Of a stretch of DNA of 64,000 nt, positions 1 through 12,354 are shown piece after piece. The notes beneath the pieces were generated by a model. The model had not been told where the DNA came from. It searched no databases and worked only from the letters and a program-made list of their open reading frames with translations. Numbering within the stretch: position 1 is the stretch's first letter; each line of letters opens with the position of its first letter. The translations under genes were made by a program, and so were the position numbers. Source of the stretch: Strigamia acuminata (Eukaryota); the NCBI GenBank assembly GCA_949358305.1, contig OX442314.1:32612001-32676000 (forward strand), read 5' to 3'.

Positions 1-740
1 CTTCAACGCGAAATCGTATTCGACTCGTTATCGAGTCGAATGCGAATTCGTATTCGACTCGTTTTCGAGTCGAATGCGAATTTTGCCCTTCTTCAACGCG
101 AAATCGTATTCGACTCGTTTTCGAGTCGAATGCGAATTCGTATTCGACTCGTTTTCGAGTCGAATGGGAATTTTGCCCTTCTTCAACGCGAAATCGTATT
201 CGACTCGTTTTCGAGTCGAATGCGAATTCGTATTCGACTCGTTTTCGAGTCGAATGCGAATTTTGCCCTTCTTCAACGCGAAATCGTATTCGACTCGTTT
301 TCGAGTCGAATGCGAATTTTGCCCTTCTTCAACGCGAAATCGTATTCGACTCGTTTTCGAGTCGAGTACGAGTTTTGCCCTTCTTCAACGCGAAATCGTA
401 TTCGACTCATTTTCGAGTCGAATGCGAATTTTGCCCTTCTTCAACGCGAAATCGTATTCGACTCGTTTTCGAGTCGAGTACGAGTTTTGCCCTTCTTCAA
501 CGCGAAATCGTATTCGACTCGTTTTCGAGTCGAGTACGAGTTTTGCCCTTCTTCAACGCGAAATCGTATTCGACTCGTTTTCGAGTCGAATGCGAATTTT
601 GCCCTTCTTCAACGCGAAATCGTATTCGACTCGTTTTCGAGTCGAGTACGAGTTTTGCCCTTCTTCAACGCGAAATCGTATTCGACTCGTTTTCGAGTCG
701 AGTACGAGTTTTGCCCTTCTTCAACGCGAAATCGTATTCG
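1..740 (+). repeat. CpG-rich tandem array, 56-bp unit (first units 90 bp), each with hairpin ATTCGACTCG-TTTT-CGAGTCGAAT
   Basis: cttcaacgcg recurs at 1, 91, 181 and 271 (90-bp period); gcccttcttc recurs at 321, 377 and onward (56-bp period); runs off the left edge of the window. Confidence 0.95.
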
Positions 741-794
741 ATTCGCTTTCGAATCGTATACGAGATGGTCGATTTTTGTTTCCCGGACTTTGAT

Positions 795-2096
795 TCGTAT
801 TCGAGTTGTTACGAGTTCGTATTTTGATCGTATTCGTATTCGAATCGAATTCGAATCGTATTCGAATCGAATACGAATCGAATTCGAGTCGTATTCGAGA
901 TGGTCGATGATTTCCACTCGCTCGTATACGCGTTGTATACGAGCTCGTATTTTGATCGTAATCGTAAACGAATCGTTTACAAGTCGTATACAAGTTGTAT
1001 ACGACGTGTATACACCTCGTATACGAACGAAGTTTGTGAAAACACAATTTCCAAATAAGACGTATGTGACTACTATGTGTTTTCATGTCGTAGTAAGTAT
1101 CCGGTGGATTTTCCAAACTTCGTTCGTATACGAGGTGTATACACGTCGTATACAACTTGTATACGACTTGTAAACGATTCGTTTACGATTACGATCAAAA
1201 TACGAGCTCGTATACAACGCGTATACGAGCGAGTGGAAATCATCGACCATCTCGAATGCGACTCGAATACGATTCGAATACATCTCGAATACATCTCGAA
1301 TACGAGTCGTACGAGTCAAAGTCCGGGAACGGGTCATCGTATTCGAGTTGTTACGAGTTCGTATTTTGATCGTATTCGTATTCGAATCGAATTCGAATCG
1401 TATTCGAATCGAATACGAATCGAATTCGAGTCGTATTCGAGATGGTCGATGATTTCCACTCGCTCGTATACGCGTTGTATACGAGCTCGTATTTTGATCG
1501 TAATCGTAAACGAATCGTTTACAAGTCGTATACAAGTTGTATACGACGTGTATACACCTCGTATACGAACGAAGTTTGTGAAAACACAATTTCCAAATAA
1601 GACGTATGTGACTACTATGTGTTTTCATGTCGTAGTAAGTATCCGGTGGATTTTCCAAACTTCGTTCGTATACGAGGTGTATACACGTCGTATACAACTT
1701 GTATACGACTTGTAAACGATTCGTTTACGATTACGATCAAAATACGAGCTCGTATACAACGCGTATACGAGCGAGTGGAAATCATCGACCATCTCGAATG
1801 CGACTCGAATACGATTCGAATACATCTCGAATACATCTCGAATACGAGTCGTACGAGTCAAAGTCCGGGAACGGGTCATCGTATTCGAGTTGTTACGAGT
1901 TCGTATTTTGATCGTATTCGTATTCGAATCGAATTCGAATCGTATTCGAATCGAATACGAATCGAATTCGAGTCGTATTCGAGATGGTCGATGATTTCCA
2001 CTCGCTCGTATACGCGTTGTATACGAGCTCGTATTTTGATCGTAATCGTAAACGAATCGTTTACAAGTCGTATACAAGTTGTATACGACGTGTATA
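795..2096 (+). repeat. 542-bp tandem repeat (about 2.4 units), each unit with a ~145-bp-arm inverted repeat
   Basis: tcgtattcgagttgttacgag at 795, 1337 and 1879; identical ORFs offset by 542; arms about 893-1036 and 1115-1257; the array resumes at 14566. Confidence 0.95.
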
Positions 2097-2109
2097 CCCA
2101 GGTAGCACA

Positions 2110-2700
2110 GATGATCGAATCTACATAGAATCTATACAGACCGCTCTGTGTTGAATCTGCATAGACCTGTTGATGTAGATTCGATGTTAAATCTATGTCA
2201 ATGTTCTATCCCAATTTAATTTAACATAGATTTAACATAGACTGCTCTATGTTGAATCAACATAGAGCGATTGATGTTGAATCTGTGTAGACCGCTCTGT
2301 GTTGAATCTGCATAGACCTGTTGATATAGATTCGATGTTAAATCTATGTCAATGTTCTATCCCAATTTAATTTAACATAGATTTAACATAGACTGCTCTA
2401 TGTTGAATCAACATAGAGCGATTGATGTTGAATTAACATAGAAGGCCCTGTGTTGAATCTATGTAGACCGTTAATGTAGATGTGATGCTAAATCTACGTC
2501 ACTGTTCTATCCCAAAATAAATTTAACATAGATTTAACATAGACCGCTCTATGTTGAATCAACATAGACCGATTTATGTTGAATTAACATAGACCGCTCT
2601 GTGTTGAATCGGTGTAGACCGTTAATGTCGATGCTATGCTAAATCTATGTCATAATTCTATCCCAATTTAATTTTAACATGGATTTAACATTTGTTGAAT
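2110..2700. repeat. Left subterminal repeats (~150-bp units built from AACATAGA/TCTATGTT motifs)
   Basis: agaccgctctgtgttgaatctgcatagacc repeated at about 2138 and 2289, with further diverged copies. Confidence 0.8.
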
Positions 2701-2929
2701 CAATAGAGACCGACGGTGACTTGGAGTTGATGTAATTGTTTATTCAAGAAATGCTCGTTTGAATTTGTATATTTTTACGTCATGATTTCAAATATAATTT
2801 TGATAAATTTTACAACTGCAGTCATTTACTCATTACATTTGCACATAACAAGTTAAAATAAAAGTACAACTATAACTTAATTTATGGGTTTTATTTAAAA
2901 TGAAAAGAAAATTTAATGTTTTACATTTT

Positions 2930-3195
2930 TACATTTTGCTGTATGACGACAAGTCAATTTCAAAACGCTGATATCAACTTCAAAACAGCTTTGAACACTA
3001 TTTAAAATTTTAGCATTGTCTTCGTCACTGACGAACGAAATCGGCAAACCCTTGGTCCCAAACCGACCCCCACGCGTGTAAATACGTATCCGAATTCTCC
3101 GGCATATCGTAATTAAAAACATTAACTTTCTCGATATCCATCCCACGTCCGAACAAATTCGTCGCGTTACGAAGACACAAAGAATGCGCTGAAAA
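2930..3195 (-). pseudogene. DDX39B: DDX39B/UAP56 DEAD-box helicase C-terminal fragment (frameshifted)
   Basis: Reads [65 protein letters not shown] across frameshifts, matching the UAP56 C-terminus. Confidence 0.85.
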
Positions 3196-4019
3196 TGTTA
3201 GACAATTCGAAGTTCTGATCGCAAATATAAGAATCTAAGATATAATCAGCTTTGAATCAGTATTGTGTGTCCATGTGATTTTTGCAAATCGCTATCCCGA
3301 ATGCGACGTTTCAAAAGTAAACTTTAAAAACCACAAAAATCCCTTTTGCCACCAACAAAACCGATGGGGAATATTATGTATACGCTGATCGGCAGGAACA
3401 TGGACAATTTGAATCAATTTGCACGTTTCGTACGCCAAATCACGTTATCGTCAGAAATGTTGGCGACGATAATAAATAAATAAAAAAGCACGGTGGCTCG
3501 ATACACGCATGTCTAAGATATTATCAGTTTTGAATCAGTATTATTTGACCGTCGAATGTCACTTATCGAAGTGGTTGAACAAGGGACAGGGGATCGTACG
3601 AAAAAGGTTATTTGGTCGTTCGATCGTTGAATGTTAGATAATTTATAGTTTGTTTGCGTAGATTTAGCTTCTGCCGACGAGCAAAATGAGCAAGACAAAG
3701 ACAGCGACGACGAGGAAGACGAGGTCGAAGATGACAAAAAACTGATTTTTGTTTTTTAAGAAAAATAAACCAATAAAATTAATTTTAAAAAGTTAAATGG
3801 ATTTTAATTACTTCATTTGAGGATTACGGACAACTACGTCAATTTCGACGTGTCGAATATGGAGCGAGAAGACGAAATGATGGCGATGATCGCCGAGTGC
3901 GGTCCCGCGCCGCTTACACCGGTGACGCCGAGCAGCGGGCCGCCGCAGATGCCCGCGTCGTCCAACTGCGTGTAAGGGCTGTCGAGCATTTCATCCAAAC
4001 CAACGCACCAAAACGCCCA

Positions 4020-4426
<407 letters not shown>

Positions 4427-5067
4427 TCAAGAAATAAATCACTACAAATAAAGTCCTATCGTCAACAATGAATACAAATCTCTAAGCAAGAGTTCGGCGA
4501 TTGTAGAGAAGAAATTCGAATGCGCTCGTGCGCGTGCAAAAAGCGAGATCTTATTGAGACGTAAGAAGCGATCAGGATCATTGAATGTATTTCCAGGCGG
4601 CCATACGAACGATGCGGACAAAAAGTGTTGAACATATATGTATACATGGCATACGTGCCAGGAGCCATTGCACTTGATTTGTCAAACTATTCCATTGTTG
4701 CTTATCGACCAGAGAAAAAAAAATTTGAATTATTTTCGTCTTGGATTTAATGAAATAAAAATACTAACAACAATAAAAAATTCCCATACAAGAGATTTTT
4801 ATGGGGGAAAATCACATTTCAAGTGGTCATCAATTAAACCATCATAGGATCAAGGAAGACCAATGTTAACAATTTTTCGATATAAAATTTATAGTTTTCT
4901 GTGTTTGGCGACATGGTTTTGACGTTGGATTTTGGAAAAAATAATTTAAATAAAAAATGCAAATTTTTTGTCTGATTTTTAATGTTTTATTCAGTTTTGT
5001 GAACGTAGGGACAGTGTTGTGCGCGGTACAGCTAACGTGTACCGCGGTCCCGGCGCGCGGTACACGG

Positions 5068-5611
5068 TGTTGGTCAAAAATAGCCCAAAGTGTGTCGATG
5101 TGATATAGGATCACATTTGATCTTTTGTTTATTAATTATCCAAGTGTATTTGTTGTGATAATTCAATTCTCGACTTTATTTATGATTATTTATATATTTA
5201 CCTCGTTTTGTGTACTTAAGCATGGAGTACCATGCATTCTCTAGTTTTTTTGTTTATGTAACGCCTAATTCCGACACCAGGTGTCATCCTTGTACTTTTC
5301 ACCATCCAAGATGGCCGCGCACACGGTTTGGTGCTTGTCTGTTTCTCTCCACCTGGAAAATGGACATTTATGTAAGATTTCAATTCATTTCAGTAAAGTT
5401 TTATGTTTTTAGTGCATTGCATTTCATTTAGAGCACCTTCTGTGCTGTTGACAATTAGTTTAGGCGCATATGAGTGGCATTAGGCCGCGCGCACTCGTCT
5501 CGGCAATTTGTAGCATCGTCGCTACGTCCGTGTCCGTGACACGGCGCCCGCGCACGTTTCCACGCTTCGGTTTGCACCGAATTTTGCGCTGCTCTCCTCT
5601 GCTGCCCTTCA
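5068..5611 (+). repeat. 5' LTR of Copia-MBD #1 (544 bp)
   Basis: tgttggtcaaaa...gcccttca; no differences from 11774-12317 seen by eye. Confidence 0.97.
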
Positions 5612-5613
5612 AT

Positions 5614-5632
5614 TGGTAGCAGAGGATGGTTT
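5614..5632 (+). promoter_or_regulatory. Primer binding site, tRNA-iMet
   Basis: TGGTAGCAGAGGATGGTTT, 2 nt after the LTR, complementary to the 3' end of animal initiator tRNA-Met. Confidence 0.9.
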
Positions 5633-6538
5633 AGCTATTCTTTTGCCACTAATTTTCGCCGAAAATTCAGCGAATTTTCGCGAATTTCGCGGCGAATTTT
5701 TCGTTTTAGGTTTACGTCGATTTCCGGCCCGATTTCGGTGAGAAGAACGTCGCCGCTACGTTACCGACGTTCCAGAGCAGTCTGTGCTGTTTTCCACGCG
5801 ACCCTGCATTTAATTTCGACCATAATTCCGCGGTCTCGCGAATTTTGAGTCGAATTTTTTATTTATTTTCAGTTTTTGTCGATTTGCGACACGACAACGC
5901 TAAAATAGCGTCTTTTCATCGAGAAACGAGACGATTCTCGCTGTGTCATACCCCGGCGTATGCACAGTATCGACGATCTGATTTATTACGACGAATTTTT
6001 GGCGTATTTTCGTGAAGAGCCTCATTTAATGAGAAGAATTTGGATTTTCGAATCCAAATTAGCGCTTTTAACGGGTTTTTCGAGAAAACCCGCTCGTGCC
6101 TTTATCACGAGCTCGCGTGACGTTACGCGAGAGATTCATCAACTTTTCTCCTTCCCTGTCGTGAAACTTTGTTATTTTAAGATATTATTTAAGGCTTTTG
6201 GTTGGTTCCCTATTAGAATCGGTGCAGCCCTTCGGACAAGTCTGTCCAAGCTGCATTTGTATTCTAGAGTGAGGCTGAGCCCTGCGCCACCTAGTATTCC
6301 CGCGATCCCAGGCGATCTCAAAGGACACTAGGGGGACACTCACTCTAGGTTATCAGCTGATTGTAGCATCGGCTTCCAATTTGTGGTTTTCCGCCTCGAA
6401 AGTGCTTGTGCTTCGGTTAGTGTTTGTGATCGTGACGTCGGATTGTGTAGTGCTACGAGTGTCTTCTACTACGCCCGTACCACTCTCTACGCCTTTGTGT
6501 TTTCGCGGTGTGCAAGGTCGAAGGATTTTCACGCCAGG

Positions 6539-9500
6539 ATGCAGAAATCCGGCTACGCGGAACCAACGGCTGGGAAATGTCCGATGCTAGGAATAAACAA
6601 TTACGAACAATGGCGTCGTTCCATGTGCATGCTCTTAAAGTCAGAAGGCCTTTGGAGACATGTCACCGAAGAAAAGGAGGCCGAATATTTATTGACATTA
6701 ACCCCGAAAGAGACTGAGAAATATAAACTGAAGAAAGACAAGGCGTTGGGACACATTTATTGTCACGTGAGCGAAGCAAAACGCTCCACACTGGACAACG
6801 CCAATACCCCGAAAGAAGCTTGGGACATTTTGTCGAAAATCTTCGCTCCCAGTTCTCTGGCTCGTCAAGCAGCCATGAGATGGCAATTTCTGGGATTACA
6901 CCTCGAGCCAAACGAGGATATGGTCGATTTCGTGAGTCGCGTTAACCTGCACGTACGCCAACTACGAGACATGGAAGAAGAAGTGTCGGAGAAGCATCAT
7001 GCTTACCAATACTTACATCGTCTACCTCCGGAATATGCGCAAGCCACGTTTGCGATATACAATTGGCCCGTGGCAAATTTTACACCGGACAAAGTATCCG
7101 AACAGCTCATATCCGAATACCTTCGCCTCAAATCCGTAGGACTACATAACGTGTCGGCGTCAGCTCACGCGGCTAATCAAAATCCGCAACAATCCCGCCA
7201 AGGTTCTCGTCCGCGTCGTCCATTATCGCAGGTCAAATGCTTTAACTGTGACGAAATGGGTCACTATGCGAATAAGTGCCCATATCCTAAACGCGACAAC
7301 CGGAATCAACAACCGACAGCTTCTTTCCAACGCTCTCGCAGCAAGAGCAAGAAGCGTGGCAAGAACTCGGCTCCCAAACCCGAGGACAATCGCCCGAGAG
7401 GAAGTTCTCATCCGGTTCGCAACGCAGTGTTTTTCGTGAACGCTCCGCCGATGATTGAACGTCCCGTTGCCCATCTGATGCAGTCACATGAATGGATAGT
7501 CGACTGCGGCGCCACTGACCATGTTTCCCACGTACGGTCGTGGTTTTCTGATTTCTCAGACATCGTCCCTTTTGACATCGAGTTGGGACAAGGGAAATCA
7601 CAAGTGACTGGCCGAGGAAATGTCCTATTGCAGACTCGTGTGGACAATTCTCACTGCAATGTGACATTAACGAATGTGCTTTATGCACCCAATTTCGAGG
7701 CAAATCTAATCTCCGTCTCGAGGATCGACAAGACTAGTCACCATATCCACACCTATAACGGGGAGATCAACATTTATAAATCGAACATTGCTGAAACAAT
7801 TCTCAGAGCAAAGGAGAAGGGAGGATTGTATTACCTGGATGGGTTGTGTACAAATCCAACGGTTGCCACTACGTCTTCACAGATAATCCAACAACCGCCA
7901 GTACAGACATTTGTTACGACGGAAGTTGACTTCGTGAATATTCCAAAGGCGAAGAAGCAGAAGGCTATGCAACGAAACATCACGGATTTTAGGATTCAAA
8001 TGCCGCCATTGCCTGCGACTGAGGTGCCAACGTCAATTTCGGTTGCCACTAATCCTTTACCCGTGCCACAATCCTTGCCCATCCACATCAACCCTCCAAT
8101 CCAATCCTACGCCAACGCAATCCAGCACATTCCATCTAGTCCTCCACCTGTTACATTTCCTCTTCCTATCCAATCCGCTGGTAACCCTTCTCAATCACAA
8201 AAGAAGGTTATTCCAAATCCTGTTCAAACGCCAAAGAAAACCCTTGCCAATCCTGCCTCCGTAAAAGACGCAACTGGTTTGTGGCATAGTCGCCTAGGAC
8301 ATTTGCACACCAATGCGATGCGATTGTTGGCGAACAACGACCAGGTATATGGACTCGAACCCGCGGAAGTATCACAGGAACTGGCGTGCAATGATTGCCG
8401 ACTTGCAAAGTCCATAAGGGCTTCTCACAAGCCTGATCTGCATCCTTCAACTTCAAAGCCACTTGATCTCCTGCACATGGATGTCTGGGGGCCAAATCCG
8501 GTTCCTTCATTTGGTGGCGCACGATTCGTTTTTACGGTTATTGATGACGCGACGCGATATACGTGGATCACCCCTTTAGCCCAGAAATCCCAAGTCTTCT
8601 CATGTTTTAAGGACTTCGTCGCCCGAGTCGAGTGTGTTGCAAACACACGCGTGAAAGCCATTCGATCTGATAGGGGCGGCGAATTCATGTCCAACGATTT
8701 TCTGCAATATCTAAAGGAGAGAGGGATCCAGGGTCAGCGGACTAACCCTTCGAGCCCTCAAATGAACGGCACAGCCGAAAGGATCAACCGAACGATGGCT
8801 GACCATCTCCGGGCTGTTCTTGAAGAAACCAAACTTCCTGCCGGTTTATGGGCCGAAATCGCTGTCAATTTCGCATACATCAAGAACCGCAGTCCACATT
8901 CTCGTTTGAACAATCAAGTCCCATATATCCTTTGGCGCCAGCGTGCTCTTTCGTTACGTCATCTGAGGAAAGTTGGATCCAAGTGCTGGGTGCACTTTAC
9001 TGCACCGGGACGCAAAAAGCTTGATCCCCGTGCTTGGGAAGGTTTCCTTGTGGGATACGCCACTGGCACACGTGGTTATCGAGTGTGGAACCCTATAGAC
9101 AATAGCGTAACGGAATCAATCCATGTACGCATTGATGAACATCAGTCATATCGGAAGTCGCTTAAAACGCGGAATGGTCATCGCCAAGAGACATTCACAG
9201 AACCCGAAGTTGGTCAACAACAACAACAGAGAGTGTCGTTTGACGACACCGTTTATTTGGATTGGCCGAAAGTCGAATCTGATGATGATTCATCGAGTGA
9301 CGATGATGACGATGATGATAACGGGAATGGATCCGTTTCGAAATCGATATCGATTCCCTGTGTTCACCTTTCCCCGTTGAGAACGCCTGAACGTCAATTA
9401 ATAGAGGCGTGTGCGCTGGCATTACCAGATTCAGCGAGTATGGGACGGTCAATATCGTATCCTATCCTTTATCAAGAAGAAGGCCAAGACACTGATGAAG

Positions 9501-11551
9501 ATGTTGAACAGATCGGCGAAGAGGCAATCCAACCGGATATGCTTGAGCAATCTCAATCTCAGCATGTCTCAGCAGAATCACAAGCGAGTTCTCCCGGTCT
9601 TTCACCACCTGGTTCACCTCTACGTTTTGTAACTACACGTAGGAGAGCCGGCCAGGATATTTTGCACCACACTATGCCTATCTTCGACCAAGGTGCAATG
9701 TCTCCATTACCCCAAGGTGCAACGTTTGTCGAAGCACCCTCGGTCGGCAGAACATCTTTCTACTGGCGTTATATCGGTGGTGACACCATTTTCCGTCGAT
9801 GGGTCCGCGAAGAACATTTACGGAAGGATCAGCGGCCCGGTTGTATCGATACCGATGTTTACTACTTTCCGGAACCGAATCTACGGCTTAGATCCAGAAA
9901 GGAGGTCGAAGAGTTTTGTACCATGAACGACCTTCCATACGATTCGGAACTTTTCTTCTTCGGGAGCATAGAACATACCATCCCTACGATCCCAGCAGTG
10001 CGACATGCTGTTCACCTCTGCCGAACCGAACCGACTTCTTATGCGGAAATTCCAAAATTTCAGGACGCTCCGAAATGGCGTGAAGCCATCAATGAAGAAT
10101 TGGGGATTTTTAAGGAGAGGCAGATTTATCAGGAAGTTCCGAGACCACCCAATACTACAGTTTTAGGCTGTAAATGGATCTTCAAACTGAAGACGGATCT
10201 AAGCGGCGAAATAACTCGTTATCGTGCTCGACTCGTCGCACAAGGCTTTCGCCAAACCATCGGGGTTGATTACGACGAGGTTTTTAGTCCGGTCGTGAAC
10301 TTCGTTTTAATCCGACTATTCTTCTGTCTTCTAGTCGTTCTCAGAGGATGGAAGGATGCTCACCTCGACGTCAAAAGTGCATACCTGTATGGGGACCTGA
10401 AGCACAAGGTATACATGCGCATCCCCGCAGGTGCAACTTGTTCGAACCCCGCAAACGTCTGGCTACTTGTTAAATCCCTCTACGGACTTCACCAATCGGG
10501 GAGGGAATGGTACGAAAAGTTGGATGGAACTCTTCGAGCTCTCGGTTTTCGGAAGATGCCCGCGTGCAATTGTGTGTACATTTACGGCAATTGTGCCGTC
10601 ATGCTAGTTTACGTGGACGACATCGTACTGTTCTACGCTTCCGACACCGTGTTAACCCGAATCATCCGGCTTATCTCGTCCAAGTTCGACATAGTTAATC
10701 TTGGTCCCATCACGAGGCTATTGGGCGTCGAGTTCATCCGAGACGCTGGGCGAACCTTCATCACGCAACGCGCCTACATTACCAAGCTCGTTAAGAAGTT
10801 CGAGGTCTCTATCAATCGCCTCGTGAAGGTTCCCGTCACACCCGGGACGACGCTCGTGAAGGGGTCTACCGAAAATCTACCGGACTTTCCTTACCGATCT
10901 CTCATCGGTTCGCTCCTGTTTCTTGCTTCGAGAACTCGCCCCGACATCTTATTTTCGGTCATTTCGCTGAGTCAGTTCAATACGTGTTACGACGAAACCC
11001 ACATCCGAGCCCTGCTCCAAGTCCTACAATACGTGGCCAATACCATCGACTATCGTATCGAACTTTCCGGCTGCAATTCTAGCCAATTGTGGGCTTGTAC
11101 GGATGCTTCATGGGCAAGCGACTTGGCAACGTCCTTAAGTTTCGGCGGATTCGTAACCTTCATCGGAAATGTGCCAATTGGCTGGTCGTGCCGAAAACAA
11201 TCAACGGTCGCATGTTCAACCATGGAAGCTGAATTCATCGCCCTGGTTGAGTGCGTTAAAGAAACATTCTGGCTCGACAACATTTTCACCGAGTTCCCGA
11301 TCTTGAACAGAATATCTCGTCCTATCATCTATTCCGACGCCCTCGCAGCCATCCAGTTTACTTCGAATGACGTGGAGAATTCCAAGACTAAGCATATCCG
11401 CGTCAAATATCATTGGCTACGAGAGTGGTATACGGCGGGATGTTTCAGTTTACACAAAGTTTCCGGTGAACAGAACATTGCGGACATTTTTACCAAATGG
11501 CTCAGTTCTGAGCGTTTGCGATCGTTAATCTCCAAGATCTTCCGACTTTGA
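6539..11551 (+). CDS. Copia gag-pol polyprotein (gag, CCHC knuckle, protease, integrase, MBD, RT, RNase H)
   Basis: CFNCDEMGHYANKC; WIVDCGATDH; WHSRLGH..C..C; HMDVWG / SDRGGEF / NGTAER; MBD at ~9790-9965; YVDD; TDASWA..MEAEF..ADIFTK. First ATG at 6539; the frame is open from 6383. Confidence 0.95.
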   Translation: MQKSGYAEPTAGKCPMLGINNYEQWRRSMCMLLKSEGLWRHVTEEKEAEYLLTLTPKETEKYKLKKDKALGHIYCHVSEAKRSTLDNANTPKEAWDILSKIFAPSSLARQAAMRWQFLGLHLEPNEDMVDFVSRVNLHVRQLRDMEEEVSEKHHAYQYLHRLPPEYAQATFAIYNWPVANFTPDKVSEQLISEYLRLKSVGLHNVSASAHAANQNPQQSRQGSRPRRPLSQVKCFNCDEMGHYANKCPYPKRDNRNQQPTASFQRSRSKSKKRGKNSAPKPEDNRPRGSSHPVRNAVFFVNAPPMIERPVAHLMQSHEWIVDCGATDHVSHVRSWFSDFSDIVPFDIELGQGKSQVTGRGNVLLQTRVDNSHCNVTLTNVLYAPNFEANLISVSRIDKTSHHIHTYNGEINIYKSNIAETILRAKEKGGLYYLDGLCTNPTVATTSSQIIQQPPVQTFVTTEVDFVNIPKAKKQKAMQRNITDFRIQMPPLPATEVPTSISVATNPLPVPQSLPIHINPPIQSYANAIQHIPSSPPPVTFPLPIQSAGNPSQSQKKVIPNPVQTPKKTLANPASVKDATGLWHSRLGHLHTNAMRLLANNDQVYGLEPAEVSQELACNDCRLAKSIRASHKPDLHPSTSKPLDLLHMDVWGPNPVPSFGGARFVFTVIDDATRYTWITPLAQKSQVFSCFKDFVARVECVANTRVKAIRSDRGGEFMSNDFLQYLKERGIQGQRTNPSSPQMNGTAERINRTMADHLRAVLEETKLPAGLWAEIAVNFAYIKNRSPHSRLNNQVPYILWRQRALSLRHLRKVGSKCWVHFTAPGRKKLDPRAWEGFLVGYATGTRGYRVWNPIDNSVTESIHVRIDEHQSYRKSLKTRNGHRQETFTEPEVGQQQQQRVSFDDTVYLDWPKVESDDDSSSDDDDDDDNGNGSVSKSISIPCVHLSPLRTPERQLIEACALALPDSASMGRSISYPILYQEEGQDTDEDVEQIGEEAIQPDMLEQSQSQHVSAESQASSPGLSPPGSPLRFVTTRRRAGQDILHHTMPIFDQGAMSPLPQGATFVEAPSVGRTSFYWRYIGGDTIFRRWVREEHLRKDQRPGCIDTDVYYFPEPNLRLRSRKEVEEFCTMNDLPYDSELFFFGSIEHTIPTIPAVRHAVHLCRTEPTSYAEIPKFQDAPKWREAINEELGIFKERQIYQEVPRPPNTTVLGCKWIFKLKTDLSGEITRYRARLVAQGFRQTIGVDYDEVFSPVVNFVLIRLFFCLLVVLRGWKDAHLDVKSAYLYGDLKHKVYMRIPAGATCSNPANVWLLVKSLYGLHQSGREWYEKLDGTLRALGFRKMPACNCVYIYGNCAVMLVYVDDIVLFYASDTVLTRIIRLISSKFDIVNLGPITRLLGVEFIRDAGRTFITQRAYITKLVKKFEVSINRLVKVPVTPGTTLVKGSTENLPDFPYRSLIGSLLFLASRTRPDILFSVISLSQFNTCYDETHIRALLQVLQYVANTIDYRIELSGCNSSQLWACTDASWASDLATSLSFGGFVTFIGNVPIGWSCRKQSTVACSTMEAEFIALVECVKETFWLDNIFTEFPILNRISRPIIYSDALAAIQFTSNDVENSKTKHIRVKYHWLREWYTAGCFSLHKVSGEQNIADIFTKWLSSERLRSLISKIFRL

Positions 11552-11762
11552 ACTTTCACCGTGACTTTTTCTCGTGACACTCTTAAGTTATTACCCGACA
11601 TTGAGGATCATCGAGTTCCAGTGGGAATTTTCGGGCTTTCGTAGCGTTCTTCAATAACAGTACCCGGCTCGATGATTCGACTTTATTATTTTCCTTTTTC
11701 GATCTCATGTACACTGTAATTCCAGTATCCGATTGTTATTTTCCCCGATCCTATTTCCATCG

Positions 11763-11772
11763 AAAGGGGGAA
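11763..11772 (+). promoter_or_regulatory. Polypurine tract of Copia-MBD #1
   Basis: AAAGGGGGAA just before the 3' LTR. Confidence 0.85.
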
Positions 11773-11773
11773 T

Positions 11774-12317
11774 TGTTGGTCAAAAATAGCCCAAAGTGTG
11801 TCGATGTGATATAGGATCACATTTGATCTTTTGTTTATTAATTATCCAAGTGTATTTGTTGTGATAATTCAATTCTCGACTTTATTTATGATTATTTATA
11901 TATTTACCTCGTTTTGTGTACTTAAGCATGGAGTACCATGCATTCTCTAGTTTTTTTGTTTATGTAACGCCTAATTCCGACACCAGGTGTCATCCTTGTA
12001 CTTTTCACCATCCAAGATGGCCGCGCACACGGTTTGGTGCTTGTCTGTTTCTCTCCACCTGGAAAATGGACATTTATGTAAGATTTCAATTCATTTCAGT
12101 AAAGTTTTATGTTTTTAGTGCATTGCATTTCATTTAGAGCACCTTCTGTGCTGTTGACAATTAGTTTAGGCGCATATGAGTGGCATTAGGCCGCGCGCAC
12201 TCGTCTCGGCAATTTGTAGCATCGTCGCTACGTCCGTGTCCGTGACACGGCGCCCGCGCACGTTTCCACGCTTCGGTTTGCACCGAATTTTGCGCTGCTC
12301 TCCTCTGCTGCCCTTCA
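11774..12317 (+). repeat. 3' LTR of Copia-MBD #1
   Basis: Direct repeat of 5068-5611, offset 6706. Confidence 0.97.
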
Positions 12318-12354
12318 CACGGCACTCCCACGTAAAGTACCGCGGTCCTGGTAC

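Larger units (their letters stand above)
5068..12317 (+). mobile_element. Full-length Ty1/copia LTR retrotransposon with MBD (Copia-MBD #1)
   Basis: TG...CA LTRs of 544 bp, 5-bp TSD CACGG (5063-5067 and 12318-12322), PBS, PPT and a single intact ORF. Confidence 0.97.

Noticed and set aside
1..2128. Long ORFs (up to 377 aa) and a CRISPR-like appearance in the repeats
   Set aside because: The ORFs are periodic by-products of stop-poor tandem repeats; there are no unique spacers or cas genes, and the context is eukaryotic
4460..4860. Exon-like minus-strand stretches, faintly reminiscent of a UBR ligase C-terminus
   Set aside because: Similarity is too weak to name without a search
6383..6538. 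GTG start of the copia ORF in the ORF track
   Set aside because: In a eukaryotic element the first ATG (6539) is the more plausible start
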